A stretch of DNA of 64,000 nt, taken from assembly GCA_050747885.1 (NCBI GenBank), contig JBOGJO010000034.1:69-64068 (forward strand). Reading direction: 5' to 3'. This document shows positions 18,936-29,375 of this stretch, piece by piece. A program made the position numbers and the translations under genes. This DNA comes from Thermoanaerobaculia bacterium. Its GTDB lineage: Bacteria > Acidobacteriota > Thermoanaerobaculia > UBA5066 > DATFVB01. Below the pieces are notes generated by a model. It was given only the letters and a program-made list of their open reading frames with translations. It ran no database searches and had not been told where the DNA came from. The stretch's first letter is position 1. Every line of letters starts with the position of its first letter.

Positions 18936-20803
18936 CCTCGGCCGACGACTTCCCTCCGGTCCCCCACCCTTCGCGTCACTTTCTTCTCGTCCAGGTGCTC
19001 GAGAAGCGGGATCGCGATCCGGCGCGTCAGGCCGAACATTTCCTTGAATTCCGGGACGGAGAATGACTTCCGTCCCGAGGCCCGAAGGCGCGCGACGGCA
19101 TTGTCGACAGCCTTCTGAGAAATGTAAAAGCCCCCGGGGAGCTTTGCGAGCCGCCTCTCCCTCGCGAGAAAAGCGATGAGACCCTCCACGATCTTCTGTT
19201 TCGCCCCGAGCGCCTGCACGAGATCGCCCGGAGAAGGCGGCTCCAGCTCCGCCTCGTCGAATCGCAAGGCGATCTTCTCTGCAAGCTTCTGGTCGCCGGC
19301 CGCGAGCGACCCTCCGCCCGGCAGGCGGATTTCCTCTCCGCTCACGACGATCGTCCCCCGGGCCGCGAGCCGTGCGAGCGCCTCTTCCGCGAGTCTCGGA
19401 TCGAAACGGGAGAAGAGCCGCTCGAACACGACGGCGCGGGAAGCGCCCGTCGACCCGGGCCGCGTGCGAAGCTCTTTCTCGACGAGCGCTCGGACCTGGG
19501 CCCCGAGCTCGGCCAGCCGGGTCGCGGGAAGGTAGAAATGGCCGCCGGAGAGCTCGACGAGATCCGGGGACCCGGGGCCCAGACGCTTTCGAACCTCTTC
19601 GGGCCGGGTCCACTCCTGGCGCGAAAGCTCGTCGAGAGAGATCCCTTCGGCGCTGCGATGAATGCGGCGCATCAGCCGTTCTCGCGGTCCTCCCGATTGG
19701 AACACCTCGAGGTCATCCGCCTCGAGTTTGCGGGGCGGATCGGCGTCGAGGATCTCTCCGCCCCCGATGGTCGCCGGGGGGGAAGGGCGCCGGAGCACGA
19801 ATCGATCTCCCACGGCCGCGGCGGCCGGGTGCGCGAGCGTGATGAGGGCCGGGGCGGTTTCCCCCGGCTCGAGAACCTCTCGGTCCCGCAGGCGCACGCG
19901 CGCGCTCATCTCCGATGCGAAATGGTGGAACGTCACGGTTGCGCCGTTCTTCAACCTCGAAGCGTCGGCCAGGAGCTCCAGCCGGACGAGAAGGCGCCGC
20001 GAAGGCCGCAGCGCTCCCGGGCTCGCCACCGTTTGTCCGCGGCGCAGGAGCGTGAGGTCGATTCCGGCGAGGTTGACGCTCGTTCGCTCGCCCGCCTGAG
20101 CGCGCGCAACCTCTCTTCCGTGGACCTCCACCCGACGCACGCGGGCCTCCGTGCCTTCCGGGAGGATCTCGACGCGCTGCTCCGCCGCGACGGTCCCGCT
20201 CACGAGGCTTCCCGTCACCACGGAGCCGAAGCCGGCGATCGAGAACGCCCGGTCGATCGGAAGGCGCAGAGGCTTTTCTTCGCGCTCCTTCTGGCTCGCG
20301 ACCGCGAGATCGAGCACCGCCCTCCGGAGCGCGTCGAGGCCCTCGCCCGAGCGGGCCGAAACGGGAAAAATCGGCGCGGCTTCGAGGAACGAGCCGCCGA
20401 GAAATTCCCGCACCTCGAGACGCACGACCTCGAGCAGCTCGGGCGCCACGCGGTCGGTCTTTGTCAGGGCCACGAGACCGCGGGAAAGACCGAGCAGTCG
20501 CGCAATCGCAAAGTGCTAGCGCGTTTGCGGCTTGATTCCTTCGTCGGCCGCGACGACGAGAAGAAGGGCGTCGAGACCGCCGGCGCCCGCGAGCATGTTC
20601 CGGACGAATCTCTCGTGACCCGGCGCGTCGACGAAGCCGACCCGCGCGTCTCCTTCCTCGAGGTGCGCGAACCCGAGATCGATCGTGATGCCCCGCGCCT
20701 TCTCCTCGGGCAGGCGGTCCGCGTCGATGCCGGTCAGCGCCTCGACGAGAGCGGTCTTCCCGTGGTCGATGTGGCCGGCCGTTCCGATGATGTATCGGCG
20801 CAA
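18932..20803 (-). CDS. selB: Selenocysteine-specific elongation factor SelB, interrupted by one in-frame TAG at 20516-20518
   Basis: N-terminal GTPase [17 protein letters not shown]…DAPGHE…IKPQTR, then TAG, then [10 protein letters not shown]…ALTKTD… in the same frame. C-terminal winged-helix domains. TTG start with a GGAGGG Shine-Dalgarno sequence. Confidence 0.8.
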
Positions 20804-20895
20804 GCGCCCTCCGGGTGCATTTATCTCACGTCCGCCGATCCGTTCGATGAAGGCGGCTTGTGAGGGTCCCTTCGGTGAGATAGCCTTCGAAGGCG

Positions 20896-21339
20896 ATGGA
20901 AATGCTCAAGCGGATCGAAGCCGATCTGAAAACCGCGATGAAGTCGGGCGACAAGCCGCGAGTTTCGACGATCCGGCTGCTGTTGTCCGCGCTCAAGAAC
21001 GAGAAGATTCAGGCTCATCGCGATCTCACTGACGAGGAGGTCGAGGCGGTGATTCGTCGCGGGGCCAAGCAGAGGAAGGACTCGATCGAGCAATACGGTC
21101 GCGGGGGCCGTTCGGACCTGGTCGAGATCGAGACCGCGGAGCTTCGGATCCTGGAGGCCTACCTTCCGCAGGGCCTGACCGACGCGGACCTGGAGAACGC
21201 GGTCAAGACGATCATCTCGGACCGGAGCCTCACGTCGAAGAAGGAAGTCGGCGCCGTGATGAAAGAGCTCATGGTCCGGTACAAAGGCCGTGTGGACGGC
21301 CGAAAAGCTCAGGAAATCGCGCAACGCCTCCTGCCGTGA
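20896..21339 (+). CDS. GatB/YqeY domain-containing protein
   Basis: 147 aa. Typical YqeY sequence (…[17 protein letters not shown]…, …[13 protein letters not shown]…). Confidence 0.85.
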   Translation: MEMLKRIEADLKTAMKSGDKPRVSTIRLLLSALKNEKIQAHRDLTDEEVEAVIRRGAKQRKDSIEQYGRGGRSDLVEIETAELRILEAYLPQGLTDADLENAVKTIISDRSLTSKKEVGAVMKELMVRYKGRVDGRKAQEIAQRLLP

Positions 21340-21896
21340 AGGCCACGGGAACCGAAACCGAAATCAAGATTCCGGTCGCCGATCCCGAGTCTCTGCGCGC
21401 GAGGCTTCGCGAGTCGAGCGCGGTCGAGACGCGCGGGGTCCATGACGAGGACAACACCCTCTACGACGACACGGACGGGCGGCTCGCTCGAATCGGCGGC
21501 GCGCTGCGGCTCCGCGTCGCGGGGAATCGCGGCGTCCTGACGCTCAAGGGTCGCGCCCGCTTCGAAGGAAATCTGAAAGTTCGCGAAGAGCTGGAGACGG
21601 AAGTCGGCGAGCCCGAAGTTCTCCGGGCGATCCTCGCGAGGCTCGGCTTCGTTCCTCGGTTTCGGTATCAAAAGCGGCGCCAGGAGCTCGAGCTACTCGG
21701 CTGCAACGTCTGTCTCGACGAGACGCCGATCGGATGCTTCGTCGAAGTGGAAGGGGAGGCCGACAGGATCGCCGAGACTCTCGCGCGGCTCGGCTTGAAC
21801 GAGGGCGATGCCGAGAAGGATTCCTATCCCGGCCTGTACGCGAGAGCCCGGCAGCGGGATCCTTCTCTTCCCCCCGACATGCTTTTCTCGCGATGA
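21336..21896 (+). CDS. CYTH-domain protein (class IV adenylyl cyclase / triphosphate tunnel metalloenzyme)
   Basis: N-terminal EIEIK signature TETEIKIPVAD. 186 aa. GTG start overlaps the upstream stop. Confidence 0.8.
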   Translation: MKATGTETEIKIPVADPESLRARLRESSAVETRGVHDEDNTLYDDTDGRLARIGGALRLRVAGNRGVLTLKGRARFEGNLKVREELETEVGEPEVLRAILARLGFVPRFRYQKRRQELELLGCNVCLDETPIGCFVEVEGEADRIAETLARLGLNEGDAEKDSYPGLYARARQRDPSLPPDMLFSR

Positions 21897-22897
21897 GGGC
21901 CATTGTCCTTGCGGCCGGTCTCGGCACCCGGTTCCGGCCGGCGACGGACGGGCGGCCCAAGGCCCTGCTTCCCCACCTCAACGTGTCGCTGATCGACCGC
22001 CGTCTGGCCCGGGTTCGCGGGGCCGGCATTTCGGAAATCGCGGTCAACCTGCACCATGAAGGCCGCCAGATCGTCGAGCACCTGGACGAGCTCGGCGGCG
22101 ACGGCGCGGCACCTCGCTTCTTCTGGGAGGCCGAGATTCTGGGGACGGCCGGAGCGCTCCGGAATGCGGCACGATTCTTCGGCGGCGACGATTTTCTGAT
22201 CTGGAACGTGGACGCGGAGCTCGACGCCGAGATTCGCGTCCTGGAGGACGTACACCGGTCGAGTGGCGCGCCCGCAACTCTTCTGGTCGTCCCGAACCCC
22301 GATCCTTCCCGGTTCACGGCGCTCTTCGCGGACGGGGACCGGCTGGCGGCGATCGGGGGCCCGGGCGCCGAGCCGCTCCTGTTCACCGGGGTGTCGATCC
22401 ACTCGCCCCGGGTTCTCCCGCGGATCGGTCCGGGGTTCCGGTCCCTCGTCGACGATCTCTGGAGGCCGCTCCTCGAGGCGAATGAAACGATCCGAGTCGT
22501 GCGTCACGCCGGGGCTTTCTCGGATCTGGGAACTCCCGGAGACCTGCTCGCCGCTTCGCTTCGCGAGATCGAGCTCCGGGAGGAGTTCGAGCCGCGCGAG
22601 GGTTTCTTCGATCGCCAGAAGAAAGTCCTCGCGGCCGATCCCGCCCCGCCCGGCCTCCTGGAAAGGTGCGTCGTCGGCAGGGCGAGGCTGGACGCCTCCG
22701 CCCGCCTCGACCGGTGCGTCGTATGGGATGGTGCGGACGTGGGTCCGGGCGCGGCGGCCTCGCGCTGCGTTCTCGGGCCGGTCCGCCTCCCGGCCGGCCG
22801 GGAGTTCCGCGATTCTCTTCTCTGGCCCGGTCCCGGCGGAGAAGTCCGGGAAATTCCCTTTCATGGGGCCCACCGGCGGTCGCCGGCGGTGAAGTAG
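21893..22897 (+). CDS. Sugar-phosphate nucleotidyltransferase with C-terminal left-handed beta-helix
   Basis: MRAIVLAAGLGTRFRP…, consistent with an NTP_transferase G-loop. ATGA overlap with the CYTH gene. Confidence 0.75.
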   Translation: MRAIVLAAGLGTRFRPATDGRPKALLPHLNVSLIDRRLARVRGAGISEIAVNLHHEGRQIVEHLDELGGDGAAPRFFWEAEILGTAGALRNAARFFGGDDFLIWNVDAELDAEIRVLEDVHRSSGAPATLLVVPNPDPSRFTALFADGDRLAAIGGPGAEPLLFTGVSIHSPRVLPRIGPGFRSLVDDLWRPLLEANETIRVVRHAGAFSDLGTPGDLLAASLREIELREEFEPREGFFDRQKKVLAADPAPPGLLERCVVGRARLDASARLDRCVVWDGADVGPGAAASRCVLGPVRLPAGREFRDSLLWPGPGGEVREIPFHGAHRRSPAVK

Positions 22898-23442
22898 AGG
22901 ACCCGGATCCGTCCGCTCCGGTTGTCGACCCGCACGACCGCCATGCGGCGTTTTCGGTCCGTCAGGTAAAGGGAGCCGGGAGTGCATTCGCCGAGGGGAG
23001 AAAAAGAGCAGAGGTCGCTGTTGTTGAACCGAACCGGATCCGATGTTTTCGTCAGGGCGCGCGAAGGGTCAGACGGGTCGGGCACTCGGACGTTCTGGAG
23101 AATCCCGATCGTCACGTCGCCGCGGTCCCAGAAAACACTCCGGAGAGGACGGTCGGTCCCTTTGACGATCTCGGCGTTGCGAACCCCGTTTCCGTTTCCG
23201 TCCCGATAGAGGGTCATTCGGAACCCTCCCGCCTCCGCAACGAAGCGCACGGCCGTGTTTCGGCCCGTGCGAACGGCGTCGATCCTGGCGAGGTGAAAGG
23301 CGATCATCGCCTCGTGGCCGGCGCTCCGGATCCTCGATCCCGCCAGGAGCCCGTCGGCCAGGGGAATCGCCAGCAGGCTTCCCGAGAGCAGGATCGAAAA
23401 GACCGCGAGGATCTCGACGAAGGAGTATCCGGACTTTTCCAT
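22861..23442 (-). CDS. GspH/FimT-like pseudopilin (prepilin-type N-terminal methylation domain)
   Basis: The N-terminus MEKSGYSFVEILAVFSILL is a class III signal peptide and methylation motif. Confidence 0.7.
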   Translation of the reverse strand: MEKSGYSFVEILAVFSILLSGSLLAIPLADGLLAGSRIRSAGHEAMIAFHLARIDAVRTGRNTAVRFVAEAGGFRMTLYRDGNGNGVRNAEIVKGTDRPLRSVFWDRGDVTIGILQNVRVPDPSDPSRALTKTSDPVRFNNSDLCSFSPLGECTPGSLYLTDRKRRMAVVRVDNRSGRIRVLYFTAGDRRWAP

Positions 23443-23498
23443 GCGCTTGCCTCCGGGAAAAAGAGGGAGGAAGCCTCTCGGCCTCCTCCCGGAGTTGC

Positions 23499-23903
23499 TC
23501 AGACCGCTTTCGAGGTCTTCGGCCGGGCTTTGCGGATGCCGGTCGACTTGACCTTCGTCGTGAGCGTGGTGGCGCCGGCGATCGAGAGGTGTTCACGCAG
23601 CGACGTGAACAGCTTCTCGCCGACCCCCTTGACTTCCATCACGTCTTCGACGCGCTTGAAGTCGCCGTTGCCCTTCCGGTAGTCGACGATCCTGCGCGCG
23701 ACCTTGATCCCGACGCGGGGAAGAAGGGCGATCTGTTCGGCCGAGGCGGAGTTGAGATTGACCGTTCCGCTCGCGGCCGCCGGCGCCTGGGTGGAACCGG
23801 CCGCTCCCGCTTTCGGCGAAGACTTCTTCGCGCCCGAGGCCGCCGGGGCGGGAAGCGCGAAGCAGAGCAGAAGCAGAGAAAATCCGAGGTTTCGTGGATT
23901 CAT
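23499..23903 (-). CDS. comEA: ComEA-family helix-hairpin-helix DNA-binding protein
   Basis: Signal peptide. C-terminal HhH motif …VNLNSASAEQIALLPRVGIKVARRIVDYRKGNGDFKRVEDVMEVKGVGEKLF…. Confidence 0.8.
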   Translation of the reverse strand: MNPRNLGFSLLLLCFALPAPAASGAKKSSPKAGAAGSTQAPAAASGTVNLNSASAEQIALLPRVGIKVARRIVDYRKGNGDFKRVEDVMEVKGVGEKLFTSLREHLSIAGATTLTTKVKSTGIRKARPKTSKAV

Positions 23904-24237
23904 TTCTTTTTCCTTTCGTGCATGGGTTGACCTGTTTCCGATTTGTCCTCATCAACTTTTCGCGTCGGTCATTCGTTCATCGGCACCTCCGTAAAAATTG
24001 TTCGAGGTGGCGGAGAGCCAGATCCTCGCCATCGACGTTCGCACGCTTAAATCACTTAGAACAAGCTGTTTATGAGTTATCGAGAGGAGTGGAGTCGCTC
24101 CCCGGAGTGTTGATTCTTTTTACACCTGGACGGCAAACCACTGACGATCTTCCCGGAAACCTTGAAGGAACGACGCTGTCAATTTCCTCAACAGCGGAAA
24201 GTCTTCTTGTCGGTCGCCCCTATAATCCGAGCCCGAA

Positions 24238-24870
24238 ATGGCTGAATCGGGAAAAGAAATCGTCGTGGGAGTATCCGGGGCCTCCGGCGCCGGACTCGCG
24301 GTCGGGTTCCTGCGCGTGGCCGCGCGGCGCCCGGAGTTTTCCCGAATTCACCTCGTCGTTTCGCAGTCGGCAATTTCGGTTGCACGGTCGGAGCTCGGAA
24401 ATTCTCAACGCCGCCTCGACGACGAAGCGGACTACCTGAATCTCCTCGAGCTCGGCGGTTCGGAGCGGGCCCGAATCACGCTCCATTCGAACCTCGACCT
24501 CGCCGCCCCGATCTCGTCGGGATCTTTTCCGACGGCGGGGATGGTCGTGATTCCGTGCAGCGCCGGGACTCTCGCCTCGGTCGCGAACGGGACGTCCCGG
24601 GGGCTTCTCCAGCGCGCGGCGGACGTCACGCTCAAGGAGCGGCGGCCTCTCGTGCTCGCATTTCGCGAGAGCCCGTACTCCCGGATCCACATTCGGAACA
24701 TGCTTCACGCCTCGGAAGCCGGCGCGACCATGATGCCGCCCGCTCCCGCCTTCTACATCGAGTCGCAATCGCTCGACCGGCTGATGGAAGCCTATTTCTG
24801 GCGCGTGGCCGGGGTGTTCGGCATCGCGTTGCCGGAGGAATTCGTGTGGAGGGGACCTCGGAAAGGGTAG
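24238..24870 (+). CDS. ubiX: UbiX-family flavin prenyltransferase
   Basis: …IVVGVSGASGA…, …SAGTLASVANGTS…, with typical length. Confidence 0.9.
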   Translation: MAESGKEIVVGVSGASGAGLAVGFLRVAARRPEFSRIHLVVSQSAISVARSELGNSQRRLDDEADYLNLLELGGSERARITLHSNLDLAAPISSGSFPTAGMVVIPCSAGTLASVANGTSRGLLQRAADVTLKERRPLVLAFRESPYSRIHIRNMLHASEAGATMMPPAPAFYIESQSLDRLMEAYFWRVAGVFGIALPEEFVWRGPRKG

Positions 24871-25736
24871 CCCCGCGGGGGCCGATTCGCGAAGCGCTGG
24901 AGTTGGTCAAGTTTCCCCACACGGTCTTCGCGCTTCCGTTCGCGCTGCTTTCCGCGTTCCGGGCCGCGTCGGGCGTCCTTTCGGCGAGGGCCCTCCTGGG
25001 GATTCTCGGCGCGATGGTCGGGGCGAGAACGGCCGCGATGTGCTTCAACCGGATCGTCGATCGCTCGATCGACGCGCGCAACCCCCGCACGGCTTCCCGC
25101 GCGCTTCCGGCGGGAAGGCTGACGGTTTCGTTTGCGGCGGGGCTCTGTGCGGCGGCCCTCGCCCTGTTCTTTTTTTCCGCTTACGAGCTCAACGCGCTCG
25201 CGTTCCGCCTCGCGTTTCCGGCAGCCGGGCTTCTGTTTCTCTACTCGTACACAAAGCGCTTCACGTCGGGGTCGCACCTCGTGCTCGGCCTGTGCCTCGG
25301 GATCGCTCCCCTCGGAGCGTGGATCGCCGTGCGGGGACGGCTCGATCCGGCGCCCGCGGCCCTGGCCGCGGCCGTGGTGTTGTGGACGGCCGGGTTCGAC
25401 GTCCTCTACTCGCTCCAGGACGAGGCGTTCGACCGCAGCGCGGGTCTGCGCTCGATCCCCGCGCTTCTGGGAGCGCGAAAGGCGCTCTGGCTGTCGGCCG
25501 CGTTTCACGCCGCGACGCTCGTTTTTCTGGGCGTCTTCGCGGCCGCCGTGTCGGGGGGAATGGTTTTCTGGACCGGGATCGCTGCTGCGGCCGCGGCGCT
25601 CGCCTATCAGCACGCGATCGTGAAACCGGGTGACCTTTCGAAGCTCGATGCGGCGTTTTTTACGGCCAACGGGTTCCTGTCGCTCGCGGTTGGCCTCGCC
25701 GGAATCGCCGATCTCTGGTTTCCCGTTCACTGGTAA
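24846..25736 (+). CDS. UbiA-family aromatic prenyltransferase (4-hydroxybenzoate polyprenyltransferase or MqnP-like)
   Basis: …KFPHTVFALPFALL…, plus Asp-rich motifs NRIVDRSIDARN and DVLYSLQDEAFD. GTG start overlaps the ubiX end. Confidence 0.85.
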   Translation: MEGTSERVAPRGPIREALELVKFPHTVFALPFALLSAFRAASGVLSARALLGILGAMVGARTAAMCFNRIVDRSIDARNPRTASRALPAGRLTVSFAAGLCAAALALFFFSAYELNALAFRLAFPAAGLLFLYSYTKRFTSGSHLVLGLCLGIAPLGAWIAVRGRLDPAPAALAAAVVLWTAGFDVLYSLQDEAFDRSAGLRSIPALLGARKALWLSAAFHAATLVFLGVFAAAVSGGMVFWTGIAAAAAALAYQHAIVKPGDLSKLDAAFFTANGFLSLAVGLAGIADLWFPVHW

Positions 25737-25749
25737 ACTTGGCCCCGCC

Positions 25750-26406
25750 ATGAACAAATCCGTCGGAGACCTGTCGCTCCACCACATCGCCGTGGACGGT
25801 CCGATCGGGGTCGGCAAGACCTCGCTCGTCGGGCTTCTGGCGAAGCGATTCGAGGGCGTGAAGGTCCTGGAGGACATCGACAATCCGTTTCTTCCCGATT
25901 TCTACAAGAACAAGAAGGGCGCGGCCTTCCAAACGCAGCTGTTTTTCCTGCTGTCGAGGTATCAGCAGCAGAGGGAGATCGCCCAGATCGACCTCTTTTC
26001 CGGTCTCGTCGTTGCCGATTACACGTTTCCCAAGGACAAAATCTTCGCCTGCCTCAACCTGAACGACTCGGAGCTCCTGATCTACGAAAAGCTGTACGGT
26101 CTTCTCGCGGAGAGCGTTCCGAAGCCGGACCTGGTGATCTATCTGCAGGGCTCGCTCGAGACCTGCCTGAAACGGCTCAAGAAAAGGATGATGAACTTCG
26201 AGAAAACGATCTCCGTCGATTACGTCCGGCAGCTGATCGAGGCCTACAATTATTACTTCTACCACTACGAGGAGACCCCGCTGCTCGTGGTCGAGACCAA
26301 CGAGATCGATTTCGTGAACCGGCCGGAGCACTTCGAGGACCTGGTCGCCCAGATTCAGAAAACTCGAAAAGGGGTACAATATTACGTGCCGATCGGATCC
26401 CGATAA
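25750..26406 (+). CDS. Deoxynucleoside kinase (dGK/dAK family)
   Basis: P-loop …VDGPIGVGKTS…, with typical deoxynucleoside-kinase length. Visibly lower GC than its neighbours. Confidence 0.85.
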   Translation: MNKSVGDLSLHHIAVDGPIGVGKTSLVGLLAKRFEGVKVLEDIDNPFLPDFYKNKKGAAFQTQLFFLLSRYQQQREIAQIDLFSGLVVADYTFPKDKIFACLNLNDSELLIYEKLYGLLAESVPKPDLVIYLQGSLETCLKRLKKRMMNFEKTISVDYVRQLIEAYNYYFYHYEETPLLVVETNEIDFVNRPEHFEDLVAQIQKTRKGVQYYVPIGSR

Positions 26407-26488
26407 GCGGGACCGACACGGCGTCGATTAGATCACGAGCCCTGTCCGGCGGCGACCTTCGGGAGCCGACCGGAGGGAAGGAGCGAAC

Positions 26489-27328
26489 GTGAGCGAGAGC
26501 GGAAAGTCCGTTTCCGTCCGGGACATCGCCGAGAAAAAAGGGCACGAACGAATCGTCATGCTGACGGCGTACGACGCGCCGTCGGCAAAGCTTCTCGACG
26601 AGGCGGGGGTCGACGTCCTGCTCGTCGGAGATTCCGTCGAGATGGCGGTTTACGGCGAGTCTTCGACGCTGACGGCGCAGATGGATTCGATGATTCGGCA
26701 CGCGCGGGCCGTCGCGCGGGCCTCCCGGCGCGCCCTCGTCGTGGGGGACATGCCGTTTCTCTCGTATCAGGCGAGCGCGGCGGACGCCGTGCGAAACGCG
26801 GGCCGCTTCCTCGCGGAGGCGGGCGCGGCCGCCGTGAAGGTCGAAGGGGGGCGCCGCGTTCTCCCTTCCGTCGAGGCGATCCTCGCGGCCGACATCCCCG
26901 TGATGGGGCATGTCGGGATGACCCCGCAGTCGTTCCGCAAGTTCGGAGGCTTCAAGGTCCAGGGGAGAAGCCGCGATTCGGCCGACGAGATCCTCGAAGA
27001 CGCCGTCGCCCTGGAAAAGGCGGGCTGCTTTTCCGTCGTGCTCGAATGCGTTCCGGATGCGCTGGCACAGCGCATCACCGCGCAGCTCTCCATCCCGACG
27101 ATCGGGATCGGGGCCGGGCCGCATTGCGACGGTCAGGTGCTGGTGTTCCACGATCTGCTCGGACTCTCGGGCGAATTTCGGCCGAAGTTCGTTCGACGGT
27201 ACGCCGATCTGGGCGAGATCATTCGCGACGCGGCCCGGCGGTTTTCAGAGGACGTCCGTTCGGGGGAATTTCCCTCGGCCGGGGAGACCTTCCTCTCCGA
27301 CGCCCCGGCGCTGCGAAGGGTTCACTGA
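26489..27328 (+). CDS. panB: 3-methyl-2-oxobutanoate hydroxymethyltransferase
   Basis: …VMLTAYD…, …LLVGDS…, …VVGDMPFLSY…. GTG start. Confidence 0.9.
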   Translation: MSESGKSVSVRDIAEKKGHERIVMLTAYDAPSAKLLDEAGVDVLLVGDSVEMAVYGESSTLTAQMDSMIRHARAVARASRRALVVGDMPFLSYQASAADAVRNAGRFLAEAGAAAVKVEGGRRVLPSVEAILAADIPVMGHVGMTPQSFRKFGGFKVQGRSRDSADEILEDAVALEKAGCFSVVLECVPDALAQRITAQLSIPTIGIGAGPHCDGQVLVFHDLLGLSGEFRPKFVRRYADLGEIIRDAARRFSEDVRSGEFPSAGETFLSDAPALRRVH

Positions 27329-27329
27329 A

Positions 27330-28172
27330 TTGAAGGAAGCTCATTGCGTCGCGGACCTCCGCGGCCTGCTCGCGCCCCTGCGCCGGTCGGGCGAGGTCTC
27401 TTTCGTCCCGACGATGGGGGCGCTCCATGAAGGCCACCTTTCCCTCGTGCGCCGGGCGCGCCGGGAAGCGCCGGTGACCGTCGTCTCGATTTTCGTCAAT
27501 CCGATTCAGTTCGGTCCGGGGGAGGATTTCGAGAAATATCCGCGTTCGTACGAGCGCGATCTCGATCTCCTGGCGGGGGAAGGGACCGACGTCGTTTTCG
27601 CTCCGCGGGCGGAGGATCTGTACCCCGAAGGCTTCTCGACGAAGATCTCCGTCTCCGGCGTTTCGGAGCGGCTTGAAGGCGCGGTCCGCCCGGACCACTT
27701 CGCCGGCGTCGCAACCGTCGTCGCGAAGCTGTTCCACGCGGTCGAGCCGGCCTCGGCGGTCTTCGGCCGCAAAGACCTCCAGCAGTGCGCCGTGGTTCGC
27801 CGCATGATCGCGGACCTCGAGATGCCGGTTCGGCTCGTCGTGGCGCCGATCTCGAGGGAAGCCGACGGCCTCGCGCGGTCCTCGCGAAACGCCTACCTCA
27901 CCGGGGAAGAGAGAGCGCGCGCCCCGGAATTTTCCCGGGCGCTGCTCGACGCCGCCGGCGAGATTCGCGCGGGCGAAGATCCCGGGCGGGCGCAGGAGGC
28001 CGCGCGCAGGGCGCTCGGGGAGTCGGGATTCGGCGTCGATTATCTCGAGCTCGTCGATCCGGTTTCGATGGAGCTTCTCTCCCGGAACCGCTCGGGCGCG
28101 GCCCTCGTCTCGGCGGTTCGTCTCGGGAAGGTCCGTCTGCTCGACAACGTTCTCATCGAAGGGGAGCCATGA
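27330..28172 (+). CDS. panC: Pantoate--beta-alanine ligase
   Basis: …FVPTMGALHEGHLSLV…, …SIFVNPIQFG…. TTG start directly after the panB stop. Confidence 0.9.
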   Translation: MKEAHCVADLRGLLAPLRRSGEVSFVPTMGALHEGHLSLVRRARREAPVTVVSIFVNPIQFGPGEDFEKYPRSYERDLDLLAGEGTDVVFAPRAEDLYPEGFSTKISVSGVSERLEGAVRPDHFAGVATVVAKLFHAVEPASAVFGRKDLQQCAVVRRMIADLEMPVRLVVAPISREADGLARSSRNAYLTGEERARAPEFSRALLDAAGEIRAGEDPGRAQEAARRALGESGFGVDYLELVDPVSMELLSRNRSGAALVSAVRLGKVRLLDNVLIEGEP

Positions 28173-28185
28173 AAAAGGGGGAGCC

Positions 28186-28566
28186 ATGAAAAAGGACGTT
28201 CTGCGCGCGAAAATTCACCGGGCCACCGTGACCCAGGCCGAGCCCGACTACGAAGGCTCGATCGGAATCGATTCCGTCCTTCTTCGCGCGGCGCAAATCG
28301 AAGAGTACGACCGGGTCGAAGTTTACGACGTCACGAGCGGCGCCCGCTTCGCGACGTATGCGATCGAAGCTCCGGAGTCTTCCGGCACGATCTCGGTCAA
28401 CGGCGCGGCCGCGCGGCTCGTTGCTCCCGGGGACCTCGTGATCGTCGCCGCCTACGGGAGCGTCGAGGTGGGTGAGCCGAGAACGGCGCCCAGGCTCGTG
28501 TTCGTCGATGCCCGGAACCGCGTGTCGCAGTTGAAGGAGACGGAGCTCCAGGGAGTTTCGGCATGA
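28186..28566 (+). CDS. panD: Aspartate 1-decarboxylase
   Basis: [29 protein letters not shown]… (collinear with E. coli PanD, including the Gly-Ser processing site). Confidence 0.9.
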   Translation: MKKDVLRAKIHRATVTQAEPDYEGSIGIDSVLLRAAQIEEYDRVEVYDVTSGARFATYAIEAPESSGTISVNGAAARLVAPGDLVIVAAYGSVEVGEPRTAPRLVFVDARNRVSQLKETELQGVSA

Positions 28567-29375
28567 GCCTCGGGGTCGAGGTTTCCGTCGAGGCGGGCGC
28601 CGCGCAAGACGCGCTCGTCCTCGCGGGCAAGACGTTCCATTCCCGCCTGATCGTCGGAACGGGAAAATACGCGACCTTCGATCTGATGAAGGCGGCGCTG
28701 GAAGCCTCGGGTGCGGAAGTCGTCACGGTGGCGGTTCGCAGGGTGAATCTGACGGATCGCACGAAGGAGTCGCTCCTGGATTTTTTGCCTCCTTCGATGA
28801 CGATTCTCCCGAACACGGCGGGGTGCTACACGGCCGACGACGCCGTTCGGGCGGCGCGCCTCGGGCGCGAAGTCGGACTTTCGGACTGGATCAAGCTGGA
28901 AGTCCTCGGCGACGAGCAGACCCTGTATCCGGACAACGAGGAGTTGTTGAAGGCGACTCGAACCCTCGTCAAAGAAGGATTCTCGGTTTTTCCCTACACG
29001 TCCGACGACCCGATCGTTTGCCGGAAGCTCGAGGACGCGGGCGCGGCCGCGGTGATGCCGCTCGGCGCTCCGATCGGCTCGGGACTGGGGATTCAGAACC
29101 CGAACAACCTCGCGATCATTCTGGAGCGCGCGAGCGTACCGGTCGTGGTCGATGCCGGGGTGGGAACGGCTTCCGATGCCTGCGTCGCGATGGAGCTCGG
29201 CGTGGCCGCCGTGCTGATGAACACCGGAATTGCCGGCGCGCGCGACCCGGTCGCGATGGCGCGGGCGATGAAAGACGGCGTCTCGGCAGGCCGCCGGGCG
29301 TTTCTGGCGGGTCGGATCGAGAAGAAGCGATATGCCACCGCTTCGTCTCCGGCTGGTGGGCTCATCGGTAAATAA
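28563..29375 (+). CDS. thiG: Thiazole synthase
   Basis: …[12 protein letters not shown]…, …LPNTAGC…, …[10 protein letters not shown]…. ATGA overlap with panD. Confidence 0.9.
   Translation: MSLGVEVSVEAGAAQDALVLAGKTFHSRLIVGTGKYATFDLMKAALEASGAEVVTVAVRRVNLTDRTKESLLDFLPPSMTILPNTAGCYTADDAVRAARLGREVGLSDWIKLEVLGDEQTLYPDNEELLKATRTLVKEGFSVFPYTSDDPIVCRKLEDAGAAAVMPLGAPIGSGLGIQNPNNLAIILERASVPVVVDAGVGTASDACVAMELGVAAVLMNTGIAGARDPVAMARAMKDGVSAGRRAFLAGRIEKKRYATASSPAGGLIGK

Noticed and set aside
25750-26406. Deoxynucleoside kinase as horizontally acquired (visibly AT-richer codons)
   Set aside because: The composition difference is modest, no mobility genes or repeats flank it, and it sits within a conserved-looking biosynthetic neighbourhood.
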